Shown: positions 25,468 to 39,017 of the stretch, piece after piece | How positions within the stretch are numbered: the first letter of the stretch is position 1 | Layout: every line of letters starts with the position of its first letter | Source: Octopus vulgaris | Taxonomy: Eukaryota | Assembly (NCBI GenBank): GCA_951406725.2 | Contig: OX597820.1 | Coordinates: 4,898,001-4,962,000, forward strand | Direction: 5' to 3' | DNA: 64,000 nt | Program-made: the position numbers and the translations under genes | Notes under the pieces: generated by a model | Told to the model about the DNA's origin: nothing | What the model saw: the letters and a program-made list of their open reading frames with translations, nothing else | The model's database searches: none

Positions 25468-26040
25468 CTTTATTCTTTTATTTGTTTCAGTCATTTGACT
25501 TCGGCCATGCTGGAGTACAGCCTTTAGTCGAACAAATCGACCCAGGACTTATTCTTTGTAAGCCTAGTACTTATTCTATCGGTCTCTTTTGCCGAACCGC
25601 TAATTTACGGGGATGTAAACACACCAGTACCGGTTGTCATGATGCCACGCAGTGGGACTGAACCCGGAACCATTTGGTTGGTAAGCAAGCTACTTGCCAC
25701 ACAGTCACTTTGTATAATTTTCTAATACTACACTATAGATTGACAAAGTATCTAAGTGTACCTTCACGGCATCATCTCGGCTGTGTGGTAAGAAGCTTCA
25801 TTCCCAACCACATCGTACCGGGTTCAGTCACACTTCGTAGCACCTTGGGCAAGTGTCTTCTACTCGGGCCGAGCAAGGCCTTGTGAGTGGATTTGGTAGA
25901 CGGAAACTGAAAAAGCCCGACGTATATTATATTATATATATATATAAAGTACTAGGCTTACAAGGAATAAGCCCTGGGTGTCGACTTGTTTGACTAAAGG
26001 TGATGCTCCAGCATGGCCGCAATCAAATGACAATAAAAGA
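25468..26040. mobile_element. Divergent pair of family K SINEs (25468-25710 minus, 25775-26040 plus)
   Basis: gtgggactgaacccggaacc (head, reverse) and ggctgtgtggtaagaagcttc...caccttgggcaagtgtc (head and CORE-like, forward). Confidence 0.8.
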
Positions 26041-26076
26041 AATATACTCCACCACCTACAACAATCAAATCAAAAG

Positions 26077-26124
<48 letters not shown>

Positions 26125-26171
26125 CAGATGTATTTTCACTCCTTCATATAAGGGTTCTTCGTATACCTATC

Positions 26172-26206
<35 letters not shown>

Positions 26207-26405
26207 CACACACAAAATTTTATTAACATCTACTACTGAGAGGAGCTTTTCACCTCAAACGCTTGACTTCATTCTGTGCATATGTTTATATATAGTTGGA
26301 ATTTACAAAAAACAAAAACAAAAAAAAAACAAAGCAAAAAAAACGAAGACGGGTGTGTAAACAAGAAACAGATATATTAGTTTAATGCTCGGGAAGGTGA
26401 GAAAG

Positions 26406-26443
26406 TCTTTTATGTTTCGAGCCTACGCCCTTCAACAGAAAGG
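26406..26443 (-). ncRNA. Degenerate type-I hammerhead motif (PLE-type)
   Basis: Minus strand cttt CTGTTGA a gggc-gtag-gctc GAAA ca TA aaag; stems I and II pair, core A6 altered. Confidence 0.5.
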
Positions 26444-26509
26444 AACACAGAAATAAACAGAGAGAAAGAAAAAAGGTTTAGTGGCTAGCGATCAATCATG
26501 GCGAATGCC

Positions 26510-26555
<46 letters not shown>

Positions 26556-26557
26556 TC

Positions 26558-26611
26558 ATCACAACGGTCCGACGAACGGGAACGTGAAACTCTGAGAAAC
26601 AGTTTTGTGAT
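26558..26611 (+). ncRNA. Degenerate type-I hammerhead motif (PLE-type)
   Basis: atcacaacggt CCGACGA acg-ggaa-cgt GAAA ctctgag AA acagttttgtgat; U4 and U16.1 mutated. Confidence 0.5.
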
Positions 26612-27110
26612 AATTTTGCACTTTTAATAAAAGTGCATATTACTCTATCTTTCGTATTCGAGTACTAATGTTTCCGCCTTTTGCATTTATGTGCTTACTT
26701 ATATATCATAATTAACTGATCCTCCTGTATGTTCATTTATCCAAAGCCACAAACTTTTCAGCATCCCAGGTACACACATGTGTGTGTATTTATATATATA
26801 TATATATAAATAATAATTATTTGAGGGAATATTATTCCTAACTTACAGGGAAAAATTCAATTTAGAAATACTAAATCAAATTTCACAAAATATAATATAT
26901 ATAATAAAAATTAGAAATAATATATATATATATAATATATATATATAAAAATTAGAAAAAAAACACCTTTTATCAATTCAAAATGAACAATTAAATAACA
27001 CCATCTAGAAAATTACATATAATAGAAATATTAAAAATAAAGTAACAATTATATATGATTAAGTAAGTTGCAAAATAATAATAAAAACGTATATATTTGG
27101 TAGAATATAC

Positions 27111-27157
<47 letters not shown>

Positions 27158-27158
<1 letters not shown>

Positions 27159-27537
27159 GAGGGGGAGTCAAAAAGTAATGCCATTTTGTTTAGGACAGGT
27201 GTAATTACCAACACAGGATCATGTATCATACATCAAAATGAAGCTGGTCCTCTGTGGATCACATCCCTACTTCTCAACATAGTCACCGTTTCTCTCAATA
27301 GCAATGTTCCACCTTTGAATAAGAGCATGTATCCCTGCCCTGTAAAATTCTGCTGACTGTTCTTTGAGCCACTGCTTCACTACAGTTTTCACTTCCTCGT
27401 CACCAGATTTAGCGCCTTTAGTATATCATCTCTTGGGCCCCATGAAAGAGGGTTCATTTTGATGTATGATACATGTTCTTGTGTTGGTAATTATACTTGC
27501 CCTAAACAAAATGGCATTACTTTTTGACTCACCCTCG
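27158..27537. mobile_element. Mariner-type MITE with ~90-bp imperfect TIRs
   Basis: cgagggggagtcaaaaagtaatgccattttgtttagg... versus ...cctaaacaaaatggcattactttttgactcaccctcg|ta. Confidence 0.85.
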
Positions 27538-27749
27538 TATATATGGAATACACATTGTACGAAGCTCCTTGTGGATGGATATGTGTGTGTGTGTATGCAG
27601 ATTTTAACAACAGGTGATAGCCTACAATAAAAGGAGAGAACTCAATACACGTGTCTGACGAGAATCCATGGTTACAAAATACAGGAATATTTTACCATTT
27701 TATACGTAACTGATTGCCTTTGCTGTGATCTAAATGCTATGAACTTTTC

Positions 27750-28135
27750 TATTGTACATAACATGCACGCACACATATAGGCATATGTGCACACACACAC
27801 ATGTAAACACACACAGACAGATACATATATGTATACGCATGCACACATGTATGTATACGTATACGTACAAGATGTATATATGTATGCGCACATATATCTA
27901 TACACATGCACACATGTATATACATATATATACACAGATATATATATATATGTATGTATGTATGTACAAGTATATCTATACACATGTACACATGTATATA
28001 CATATACGTACACAGATATATATATATATGTATGTACATGTATATCTATATATTATACGTATGTAATATACACAAGCACAAACATATATCTACATATGTA
28101 TATACGCATACATACATGTGTGTGTGTGTGTGTGG
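27750..28135. repeat. Degenerate (TA/CA)n region with internal duplication
   Basis: Visible. Confidence 0.8.
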
Positions 28136-29397
28136 AAATTATTGCTCCTTTATGAAGTGACTTTCTCCTCAAACTGCCCCACCATCGTAATTCCATTCCT
28201 TCCATTAAATACTTCTTCCAATATACAACATACCAATATTTACCTCACAGACACCCTCCTCACCCGTTCCTTGCCCACCCCCGTCCCTATGACTACTTTG
28301 CCGAATTTCTGCCTCCATCCGTTCTCCTCTTTTACTCCCCCCTCTTTAGCAGACCCCCCTCCTTTATTATTTCCCCCCACCACCCCCACCTCTCTCGTAG
28401 TATTAGTTTTATTGTTTAAATCCTCTCGCTTCATTCTTTTAATACATCGTATCATTTAGCTCTTCCTGCTCATCATCATCATCATCGCTCTCATCATCAT
28501 CATCACCGCCACCAGCATCATAATCCTCATCGCGATCATCATAATCACCATCATCTTAATCATCATCGTCACTATATCATCGTCTACACCGCCATTTTCT
28601 AAATCCGGATTCTTTCGCCTTATTCCTCCTTCATAGCCACCCTTCCCCATCCTTCCCGTCCACCCTCTTCCCTCCTTTATTACTTCATTATTCTTGCCGT
28701 TAAAATCAATCATAAAAAACTAATCAACGTGTAATTCAAGAGATATTAAAGTCCTGACTTGTCACCTTGATGGACATTTCGGGCAAACATGTGCTGCCGT
28801 CGTGTGTTCTGTTCTAAAATGACGGGGAGACAACTGGAGATGGGATGTATCTAGTTAACTAACCACAATAGCGCTATAAAATATATATATATATGGAGCG
28901 GCTGGTTGGGATGAAGGAGATGATATTTCTGACAGAATGTCAAATGGTATTCTGCCACCACACATCAAGTGGATGTAGAATGTTGTACACAGAATTTCAC
29001 GTGCGTATATAGCATTTCAGAAATACATATACGCGCGAGTACACACACACACACACATCTATACATACAGATATACATGCCTACATACATAGACATACAT
29101 GATGGCTGCCGATGCGTTAAACGGCGTTACGTTCTGTGAGGATAGCGATGGCTCATGACTTGTTGCGGGTTCGACATTCATAGAGATTCTTCTAAATTCT
29201 AGGTTGTTCTGGATCATTCCAATGATTTTCTCTGTGAAACCTGACTGATTTATACACGTTTTCTGGCAGGAGGTGCCTGTGTGCTTCACCCAAACAAGAA
29301 AGACGTTGTAGTTTGTAACAAGTCTTTAAGCGTGGCTTCTCTGCATGCTTAGGTACAAATAACTTCGCATACGAACAAAAGATGCATACATACATCT

Positions 29398-29630
29398 AAG
29401 GCGGCAAGCTGGCAGAATCGTTAGCACGCCGGGCGAAATGCTTAGCGGTATTTCATCTGCCGTTACGTTCTGAGTTCAAATTCCGCCATGGTCGACTTTG
29501 CCTTTCATCCTTTCGGGGTCGATTAAATAAGTACCAGTTACGCACTGGGGTCGATGTAATCGACTTAATCTGTTTGTCTGTCCTTGTTTGTCCACTCTAT
29601 GTTTAGCCCCTTGTGGGTAGTAAAGAAATA
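29398..29630 (+). mobile_element. SINE family M, full length
   Basis: Close match to the family consensus. Confidence 0.9.
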
Positions 29631-29889
29631 AGTATAATGGATCTTCGTCATTTCACCATGAGGATTCAGTTGTTTGATCGACTGAATTATCTGCTCCTGA
29701 ATTAAGCTCTAGGTGACTGAGCATTCCGTAGACACGTTGTTCTTAATGTAAATCGCAAACAGAATCAATGCGACAGAGTGTTTAGCAAGGCCGTGTCTTG
29801 TGAAGCCCAGTTACAATCCACCCGATAAGCTGCCGTAGAGTTTACATCTTCCCAATTTCACTCGCATATGGGTCAACTTGAGGCTGTTA

Positions 29890-30180
29890 ATGGCTTTTTA
29901 TCCGTTAGGTCGTGAGTTCGATTCCCGGCGACGCGCTGTGTCCTTGAGCAAGACACTTTATTTCCCGTTGCTTCAGACCTCTCAGCTGGCAAAAAATGTG
30001 TAGAGTCTGTATTTTCAAAGCACCAACCTTGTCACAGTTTATGCCATGCTGAATCTCCTTGAGAACTACATTGATTGTACTACTGTGGAGTACTCAGCCA
30101 TTTTCAGGTTAATCTCACGAACAGGCTGTTCTGTTGGTCGGATCAACTGGAACACGCGTCGTCGAAACCAACGGAGTGCC
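29890..30180 (+). mobile_element. R-related SINE (tail type 1), degenerate
   Basis: gagttcgattccc B box, gtgtccttgagcaagacactt core, cgtcgtcgaaaccaacggagtgcc tail. Confidence 0.7.
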
Positions 30181-30838
30181 AGTATGTACATACTCGTAAT
30201 TTCAGGAGGTTAATAATGTACCAGTAATTATACGGGGTAAATAAAAATGCCAGTCTTTTCAGGTTTTTAAGTCAATTGAATAACATTAGTGACGGGACGA
30301 AGCGACAACGCGGATATTGTGAAATAATTGTCGACGATAAAGCTATTTTGGGATACTCAAATTGCTGGATGTTGTGGTTTAGCCTCGGTTGAAAACCAAC
30401 GGAACACATCTATGATCAAATGTGTTCCAAACGTGACCATCCATCTCATGTTCACACACATGAATTCAAGGTGTCCTTTTTTTAAAAAAGATAGTATAGT
30501 GTTATTTGAGAGAGGTATTTGACTGTTGTTTCAAGCAAGGCATATGGCCACATGGTGGACTTTTCGTTGACCGTCACTCCACCTGGTTTTAACAACCTTT
30601 TGTGGGAGTATAGGGATGAAGAGATCGATAATCGATACTGAAGGCGTTTAATTCGAGCTTTTATGGGTTATGTTTCGGAACACCTGTGCCGAAAATGAGG
30701 TTCTGTGGGGTGGAGGTAAGGGTAGAAAGGACTGGGTAAAAAACAAAATTTACCGAAAATTTTCGGGGTCCATGTTATTGATAACTTCGATCTCAATTCC
30801 ATCAGTCCTAAAGTGTTTTAGAATTTCTTCACCATATG

Positions 30839-31156
30839 CAATGGAACCTCGGTTTACGAACGTCTCATCACGAACAAATCCGTTTACGAACAATTTTTCA
30901 AACACGAAAGGTGTTGGGTAACGAACAGTGTTTCGAGTAACGAACACACGTGCCGGCAACAACGATTGGCGACGAGTCGAGAGTATCAGCAGGAGAAAGC
31001 GTCAATTGCTGTTTAGCTTTCGCTCAGTGCACATCCCTGCTTGAACTATCAGTGCCTTCTCTTGAATTTCCTATGGAGGACAGTTTCGGTTTACGAACAT
31101 TTCGGGCAACGAACGGCCTTCAGAAACGATTTAAATTCGTAAACCGAGACTCACTG
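30839..31156. mobile_element. Tigger/pogo-like MITE
   Basis: caatggaacctcggtttacgaa versus ttcgtaaaccgagactcactg|ta; internal ttacgaac repeats. Confidence 0.75.
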
Positions 31157-31259
31157 TATTACCAAACTCTTCTCTCTCAGCAACAACTGTAACAGTAATA
31201 ATAGATAAATAATTCACTTTCTCATAGTTTTCCTTTACTCGCGACTAACGTTTGAAATA

Positions 31260-32048
31260 CAGTAAAACCTCGCAGTACGAGTGTCCCATTGTACGAGTAA
31301 TTTGCTGTACGAATCGAGACTCGTGCGAATTTTTGTCTTGGAGTACGAGCAGAAATCCGCAGTACGAGAACACAAATCGTCCCATCTTTAAGGTAATTAA
31401 ATTAATTAAACCAGTTTACATATTTCTTTTGCATTCTCTTTTTTATAATTGTCATTTTTACTTGTAACTAGCAGTATCGCCCGGCGTTGCTCGGGTTTGT
31501 AAGGGAAATAACTATATAAGCATTTTTAGAGAGTTATAGCCAAAAAATAGAAAAAAAAATGCATTAAAAATGGGAAAAAAATGATGGTAAATTTTTTTAA
31601 AAATCGTTGACTCATCGTAGACATTTTTAGAGAGTTACTTCCCTTATATAATAGCGAAAAAAATGCATTAAAATGGAAAAAAAATTATGGTAAATTTTTT
31701 TTAAATCGTAGACTCATCGTAGACGCGCGCTAATACCCAGAAGGGCTCGATATGAATCACGAGTATAAGATACCCGGTTTTGGTTAAACTGCATTGCAAA
31801 ATGTGGGAGTAGTTAGGAATCTAAATCGTAGGAGACAGACACACAACTTCACTTTTATATATAAAGATTACCCCTTTTCTGTTTTAAAACCCATAAAAAA
31901 ATTATTTTTGAGTGGCTTTTTTGAGGGCTGGAACGGATTAATTATATCTTAGTTCATTACAATGGGGAAAATTGATTTGTAACACGAGTAAATCGTAAGA
32001 TGAGCTCGGACATGGAACGAATTAAACTCGTACTGCGAGGTATCACTG
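31260..32048. mobile_element. Tigger/pogo-like MITE with nested Helitron
   Basis: TA|cagtaaaacctcgcagtacgagt...actcgtactgcgaggtatcactg|TA (TIR and TA TSD). Confidence 0.85.
31468..31867 (-). mobile_element. Non-autonomous Helitron H1 nested in MITE
   Basis: a|ctagcagtatcgcccggcgttgctcggg...tatataaaga|t. Confidence 0.9.
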
Positions 32049-32547
32049 TAGAAATTTAGACTTAAGCAAATATCTAAGTTTCCAAATACGGGTCAGACGT
32101 AAAAAATTGTAAATGTATGTATATATGGGCGGAGTGTAGATACGAGTGTATAAACGAATGTATACATTCATACATATAGTCATGTATTTCTATAATGCAG
32201 ATGCATATTTGTGGATGTATGTAGGTGTGTTATTGTAAAGGTGTGTGTGTGAAATTGAATACATGTAAATGCGTGAGCGGGAATTCATATCAGCGTGTGT
32301 GTGTGAACAGGTGTGAATATGGTTACACGTGTATTGTATTGTATATATATATATATATATATATATTACACACTCAACCACACACGTATGAGTATATATG
32401 TGTGTGGTTATACTAGTGTGTATTCGTGCGAATTTGAAAGCATGTCTTAATGTGAAAGCACATACGTTTAAGTGTAAATGTAAATACGTTAAGCTGAATG
32501 TATTCGTGTATGTAAACATGTGTCTAAATTTATATCCATGTGTGTAT

Positions 32548-32583
<36 letters not shown>

Positions 32584-32729
32584 GGTATTTCTCTTCATCT
32601 AAAGTGATAGGCGTGATCTTCCATTTTGTGTCTGACATCAGATGTCCCTCTGACGTCATAGACACCTACACCAACAATTGCAGAAAGTAACTGTGTGTTG
32701 GCCGACCAAACTAACCTTAGCAAACAGGA

Positions 32730-32775
<46 letters not shown>

Positions 32776-33024
32776 TAGGAGTAGATCAGTTAGATAGAGT
32801 CAAACTTTGCCAACGGGGAACCTTTCCATTGTAATCTGAAGTAATTCTTTGGTAATATTATATAACAATCAAAACACTATCTCTAATTCTTTATATCTTC
32901 CTTTTACAGTTTGGCATTGCTCTACCTGAAAGTGTTTTATGTAGTCTTGTCTATGTGGGCTTTTTCCACCTCCCTTCCTCACTTTTCTCCTTCCAACACA
33001 TCTATTTCTCTGTATGTTTGTGTA

Positions 33025-33061
<37 letters not shown>

Positions 33062-33860
33062 CTCGTGATTCTAAGGTATTTAAAATCATTTTCGGTCCAG
33101 TTTTTTCCAAATTACAGATCCTATCTAGTTTTCAAAAATAATACACACGCATATTTCTTCTGTATTTTGCTTATTTTCTTAGATTTATTTTTTAAAAATA
33201 GAATTATTCTTAGATTCTCAGAAGTTACAACTTACCTCCCAATGCTTTTTTGTATCGTATTGTAATGTTATAAAGCATCACGTTTTGGTAACCAGCGACG
33301 AACAGAAATGGTATTCTTATTGTTGCAGAATGTCGTCTTTTACTTGTCAGTCGAATATACAATTCATTTATGAGTAACGTGATGAGGTAGACTTCATCCA
33401 TCGCCTGATTTATCCGGAACCATGTGACAATCGCGTGATTTTAGCCAAGTTCATTGTTGCATTGTTGCAGCGACATTTAGACCACATCTGCTGCTCCAGT
33501 CTGCGAATGAACTTCGACTCTTGGTGAATTACTTTCTACCGTAGCAAATCACCAATCGGAACTTATTAGCTTAATTCTACAATTCCTTCCCGTCTTCTCC
33601 GGTCTCTACTCCTTCCTTCATTTAAGAAATTTCACTTTATTTCCCTGGTTTTCCTTTTATTTAAAACATCCAGTAAAAACAAACGCCAGCCTGACGAAGT
33701 GAAACCCCTGCCTGCGTATGTGTGTGTGTGTGTGTGTGTGTGTCGCTCTCAATCATCTACACACGCCTCTTGTTCCCAATGAAAAGTGCCTCTTCCTCTA
33801 CCTATCCTTTCAGCTTCCCCCATTATATTCCCAGATGGGCGTTTCTGGTTCCTTATCCTT

Positions 33861-34088
33861 GGCGAGATGGCAGATACGTTAGCACGCCGGGCGAAATGCG
33901 TAGCCGTATTTCGTCTGCCGTTACGTTCTGAGTTCAAATTCCGCCGAGGTCGACTTTGCCTTTCATCCTTTCGGGGTCGATAAATTAAGCACCAGTTACG
34001 CACTAGGGTCGATGTAATCGACTTAATCCGTATGTCTGTCCTTGCTTGTCCTCTCTGTGTTTAGCCCCTTGTGGGTAGGAAAGAAATA
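33861..34088 (+). mobile_element. SINE family M
   Basis: Close match to the family consensus. Confidence 0.9.
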
Positions 34089-34160
34089 TGTAAATACCGC
34101 TTTATCGGCTCAGGGTTATTTCCCTTTAATATTTTCCACTGAAGAAAGCTAAAGAACCAG

Positions 34161-34199
<39 letters not shown>

Positions 34200-34490
34200 G
34201 TTACCGTGAAGAAAACTCTTCTCTAATGATAAAAGGTGTAAAAGAACACCATATCTAGGCCAACCTTTACAAGTTTTACCAGTGATACAAACTTAGCAAG
34301 AATTGCGTATAGTCTTCGGAGAAATCCGAAGAAAATTTTTGAAAATATTGTATCAATAAAAGACTAAAACTGGAATGATTGATTGCATACAACATGGCTG
34401 GACAGGAAACGGAAATCAGTTGTCGTAGATGGCGGAAAATGGAGAGAATATTCAGTGTAACTCTCTTATCTCTCTCTTCCACCCCCACAA

Positions 34491-34533
<43 letters not shown>

Positions 34534-35062
34534 GATAGGAAAGTTGAGATTATAATCAGGTATAGCAAGGCTAAATTTATATATTGTTTTGTCATTCACT
34601 AATGTTACAACAATCAGTGCATAAGGTCCCGTGAAGGGAGAAAAACGACCCCGATAACAAATGATAATATTAATAACAAACAATAATAATAATAACAATA
34701 ATAATAATAATAATAAAATGCTTTCTTTAGTAATAGTAAAGTATTGTTTAGGCTTTTGAAGTGTGTTTAGTGATTGTAATTTTCTTCGGTTGATAAACAG
34801 CCCCCCACCCCTACCACCAGTGACCTTCCCTTCTGATTGTGCAGTTCTGTTCTGGTTCTTCTACAGTAAACTAGGACCATCACCAACTTCAACATTACCC
34901 AGCATTACTATCTACCACCACAAAAACACCACAACCTACACAGCAATCACAAACCACCACAACAGTATTGCTGTGTCATCAACAACAAACCACCACCCAC
35001 CACCACAATCAACAGTACAAGCAACACCACCACCACCACCTTCAATACCATTGTTAAGCAAT

Positions 35063-35432
35063 AATGGCTGTGCGGTAAGAAGCTTGCTTCCCAACCATAT
35101 TGTTCCCGGTTCAGTTTCATTGCGTGGCACCTTGTGCAAGTGTCTTTTGCTATAGCCGCAGGCCGACCAAAGCCTTGTGAGTGGATTTGGTTGACGGAAA
35201 CTGAAAGAAGCCCGTCGTATATATATGTTTGTGAGTCTGTGTTTGTCCCCTCCGCTATCGCTTGACAATCGATTTTGGTGTGTTTACGCCCCCGTTACTT
35301 AGCGGTTCGGCAAAAGAAACTGATAGAATAAGTAACAGGCTTACAAAGAACAAGTCCTGGAGTCGATTTGTTCGACTAAAGGCGATGCTCCAGCATGGCC
35401 GCAGTCAAATGACTGAAACCAAAGAATAAAAG
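35063..35432 (+). mobile_element. SINE family K, full length
   Basis: ggctgtgcggtaagaagcttgc...caccttgtgcaagtgtc...ccagcatggccgcagtcaaatgactgaa. Confidence 0.88.
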
Positions 35433-36789
35433 AATGACAAATGAAGAATGTTGTGTTAATGTAATCTTGGTTTTTGAGATTTCTTTGTTGGGTTTGTTAA
35501 ACGACCATGATGGAATGGTTAAACTCGTCATAGAAACAGGTTAGACTCAGAGACGCATGTGCCAATTATTAAACTCTCCATACAAAACATTTTTTCAGCT
35601 GTAAAACTTAACTAAAATGTTGGAATGGTTAAATTCCTAAAGACACTCTTGAGATATCTGCTGTGATACAATGAAACCAAATTAACTTAACATGAAAATT
35701 CTTCCTAACAGTTGAAGACTCGCGCCGCAAATAACAACTTGAATGGTTATGAACTAACGAAGTGTTGTTTCGTAAAGAGGTGTAATTTCTTTTGACCCTT
35801 ACAGGCCGTGAGGCCGAGATAAGTCAGATTTGTGTACTTGGTACTTGACCTGACCATATTCCTGTCAATATCTACAGGAAGTGGACTAAGAAATTTTTAA
35901 CAGAGTTGATACAGTTAAAACATCTAAGAAATATGTGTTCTCATCCAACTATAGTATTTCGTCTCACTTTTTCTGGCATTGTTTATCTAAAACTACACCG
36001 ACCAATGTTGTAAGGACAGTGGAGTGTAGTTTAAGAGAAATTTCACTGCCATTTTTAGCAGTTTGAGCCACCAGACATAGGAATATTTTTGGAAATAGAA
36101 TAACATCAGATCTTCCATGTATCACTAAAATATTATAAATTAATTCTAACTTAATTAACTTAATAATTAGTTTGCTTGCGATATTAGTTTTGCTAATGTG
36201 GTCTCGTTTCCACATCTTTTAAAGTTTGGTTTTTCGTGTAAAATGCTCGTAACCAAGTTGTGCTCACAATGTTGTGTCCGCAGGCTATGTTCCGCCATTA
36301 ATTTTGCTAAATTTTTAAAAATTTCATGTTGGGGTCCATCAATAACGTCAAAATAAATGAAAAGTCTTCGTCCAATATTTCGAAACGGAAGTCGCCACAA
36401 TTTAACATCCGATATGACATGTCGTTCTGCACAATATCAATGGCCAACAAAACCACTTATATCTATTGTTATTCTCTCTGAACTGAGATTAATAATAACA
36501 GACATGGGACACACGTGTCCAAAACCTTCTTCTTTGCCCTTCTGCTTTCGCCATACAAATGTTTTGAGCTTTCATGAGAAGCCTGGAGCGATCCCGAGAC
36601 TCCTCCAGGACCCAAATTTCAACTCCATAGAGAACATGACCCTCTACACATCTCCGAAGAAAAAATAGGGAATGTGTTGATTTTAAGATATTTGTTTGCC
36701 AGATGTTATGAGTATGAGGGACCCTGGGCTAATCCCTTGCATGTAAAGTCTTTCATACTGTCAGTATATCATAGCACCCAAAGTACCCA

Positions 36790-36960
36790 AAGTTTCTGAC
36801 CTTTTCATCATTATGGTTGTATTATGTTACATCCTTGGTCAAGTCTTGAATGCATTCAAAACAAATGCTTCACCATAAAGTAGAAGCTATGAAGGTGTCA
36901 ACAAAGCCTGCATTTCTCTGACTTGGGCTACGCTGATGATTTTGCACTCAGCTCATGTGC
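36790..36960 (+). pseudogene. LINE (RTE-like) RT fragment
   Basis: LHFSDLGYADDFAL at about 36908-36949 (YADD catalytic motif), preceded by a DLFII-like segment. Confidence 0.5.
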
Positions 36961-37852
36961 TTGGAAATCATCGTTTGAGAATGCTGCGGCCCAAAGTCGA
37001 TCGATTTCTGGATGCAATGCAAACTGAAAACATAACCAGCGATGAAGAGGAAATCCACTTTGTCAATTTGTTCCGACGATGGTTCACAACCAACCACCTA
37101 CCTGACAAATTCCTTGACAAATAAGGTGTCTCTGCTGCCCATTTTTGAACACGATTTGTAACATGCTTTTTCCAGCTCTTAAAAATCGGTTGGCTCCCTG
37201 CTGAATTCCTATGCATTAACAGACGAGAGACAGTTTTTCTTTTTAATCGGTAGAAATAAATTCCTCATTGTAAGCAAACGAAGCATTCGTCATTACCACA
37301 GTGCACCTACTGCCTGCAGTGATAAACTGTATCCCCTAATATTAGTTTTGACTCGGCTGTTGACTTAAGTATGTTGCCCCAAAATATTGCATTGTGTCAA
37401 TGGCAGGATACGAGCCACTGCGTCAGTCATTCAAGAACTGACCCACTGAATCACTGGACTAGGGCTAAACAGCATTATCAACCACCACCGCCACCACCAA
37501 CAACAGAAATGAAGGATAAAAAAGAGGTAGCGTAGTCCTTGTGCTTGGGAGAAAGACTGGTTAGCCACGGCTGGAACACCCTTGATTATAGGATACTAGA
37601 AAGCTTGTCTTGGGTTAACTATTAAACTTGATGTCAATAACTTCAGAGTATATTTGGAAATCATTAGATTCTTGTCTTCTCTTTCCCGTTGATGATGATG
37701 ATGATAATGATGTTGGCATTGTTATTGTTGATAAAGTTTTGGTAATGATGATGATGATGACGTTTGCTGTTGAAGACGCTTTTGCTGACGTTTCGGTCTG
37801 TATTTGTGTTGCTGATTCCGTTTTCGGTGTTGTCATTCTTGATAACTATGTT

Positions 37853-38250
37853 CTTTTCTACTCTTGGCACAAGGCCCGAAATTTTGGGGGAGGGAGCCAG
37901 TCAATTAGATCGACCCCAGTACACAACTGGTACTTATTTAATCGACCCCAAAAGGATGAAAGGCAAAGTCGACCTCGGCAAAATTTGAACTCAGAACGTA
38001 GTGGCAGACGAAATACCTATTTCTTTACTACCCACAAGGGGATAAACACAGAGGGGACAAACACAGACAGACAAACTGATTAAGTCGATTATATCGACCC
38101 CAGTGCGTAACTGGTACTTATTTAATCGACCCCGAAAGGATGAAAGGCAAAGTCGACCTCGGCGGAATTTGAACTTAGAACGTAGCGGCAGTTGAAATAC
38201 AGCTAAGCATTTCGCCCGGTGTGTTAACGATTCTGCCAGCTCCCCCCGCC
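37853..38250 (-). mobile_element. Tandem pair of family M SINEs with different tails
   Basis: Two cores (gaaaggcaaagtcgacctcggc) at about 37958 and 38142. Confidence 0.85.
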
Positions 38251-38908
38251 TTTGTTGATAACGTTTTTGACATCATCATTGTTGATATTTTGATGAAGTT
38301 GGCGGCGGTGGTTGTTGTTGTCAATTATCTATTTTGAATTGATATTGGCGTTTTCATGTTTATGTCGCCGAGGCTGTTACAGCTGTCGATGTTGGAGTTG
38401 TTGCTGTTAAGACTATTGACATTTTTGTTGTTGTTCGTAGTGCTAATGTTGCTGTTGCTGTTGTCGTTAAGCAACAAGACGGGTAAGGGTGATTAGGTGA
38501 TGGTCTAGGGCTTAGGGGCAGGAGACTCCAGACCTTGGAGGCGGGGAAACTTTGGTCGTCTTGTTGTAATCGAGGGCTCTTCGTTGACGCCCGACACCAC
38601 TGGGAGGTGACCCGCGAAGTCACTGGAAATGGAGATCTCCAGGTCCAAATTCTTGAACGGCTAATGTTGCTGTTGATGACGTTCTTGTACTTGTAAACAA
38701 CCCAAGCCTGACACAACAGATCTATAATCAAAAGACATTCCAGCCGTGAACCTTCCACCATTTTGTTACCTTATTTCTTTGCTGTGGAATGTGTCCTTCC
38801 TTTTCCTAAGACTGTATTACGTAATTGGTTGCTATTTCCAAGACTCCGTGTTGTTTACTCCAGTTTCCTGTTATATAAAATGCTACAATTTAGAAATGTT
38901 TCTTTGTT

Positions 38909-39017
38909 CAGAGGTCATATATTGACCTTATACGATAGTTGTACAACACAGAGGTCATACGGTGACCTTAAACGATAGCTATATAACACAGGTCATGTGC
39001 TGACCTTAAATGATAAC
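38909..39017 (+). repeat. Three ~40-bp tandem units, each with AGGTCA-N5-TGACCT
   Basis: Palindromes at 38912-38928, 38952-38968 and 38990-39006. Confidence 0.8.

Noticed and set aside
27645-27690. gtgtCTGACGA...aaaa possible hammerhead
   Set aside because: GAAA and stems too degenerate to support
33685-33715. CTGACGA-agt-GAAA hammerhead-like core
   Set aside because: No room for stem II and no convincing stems I or III
36480-36660. LQDPNFNSIENM as a Tc1 SPDLNPIEN motif
   Set aside because: Single degenerate motif without TIRs or other catalytic blocks
38480-38720. GC-richer minus-strand segment as a host exon
   Set aside because: No recognisable protein; SSDFAGHLPV faintly resembles a LINE endonuclease SDH motif; not enough for either call
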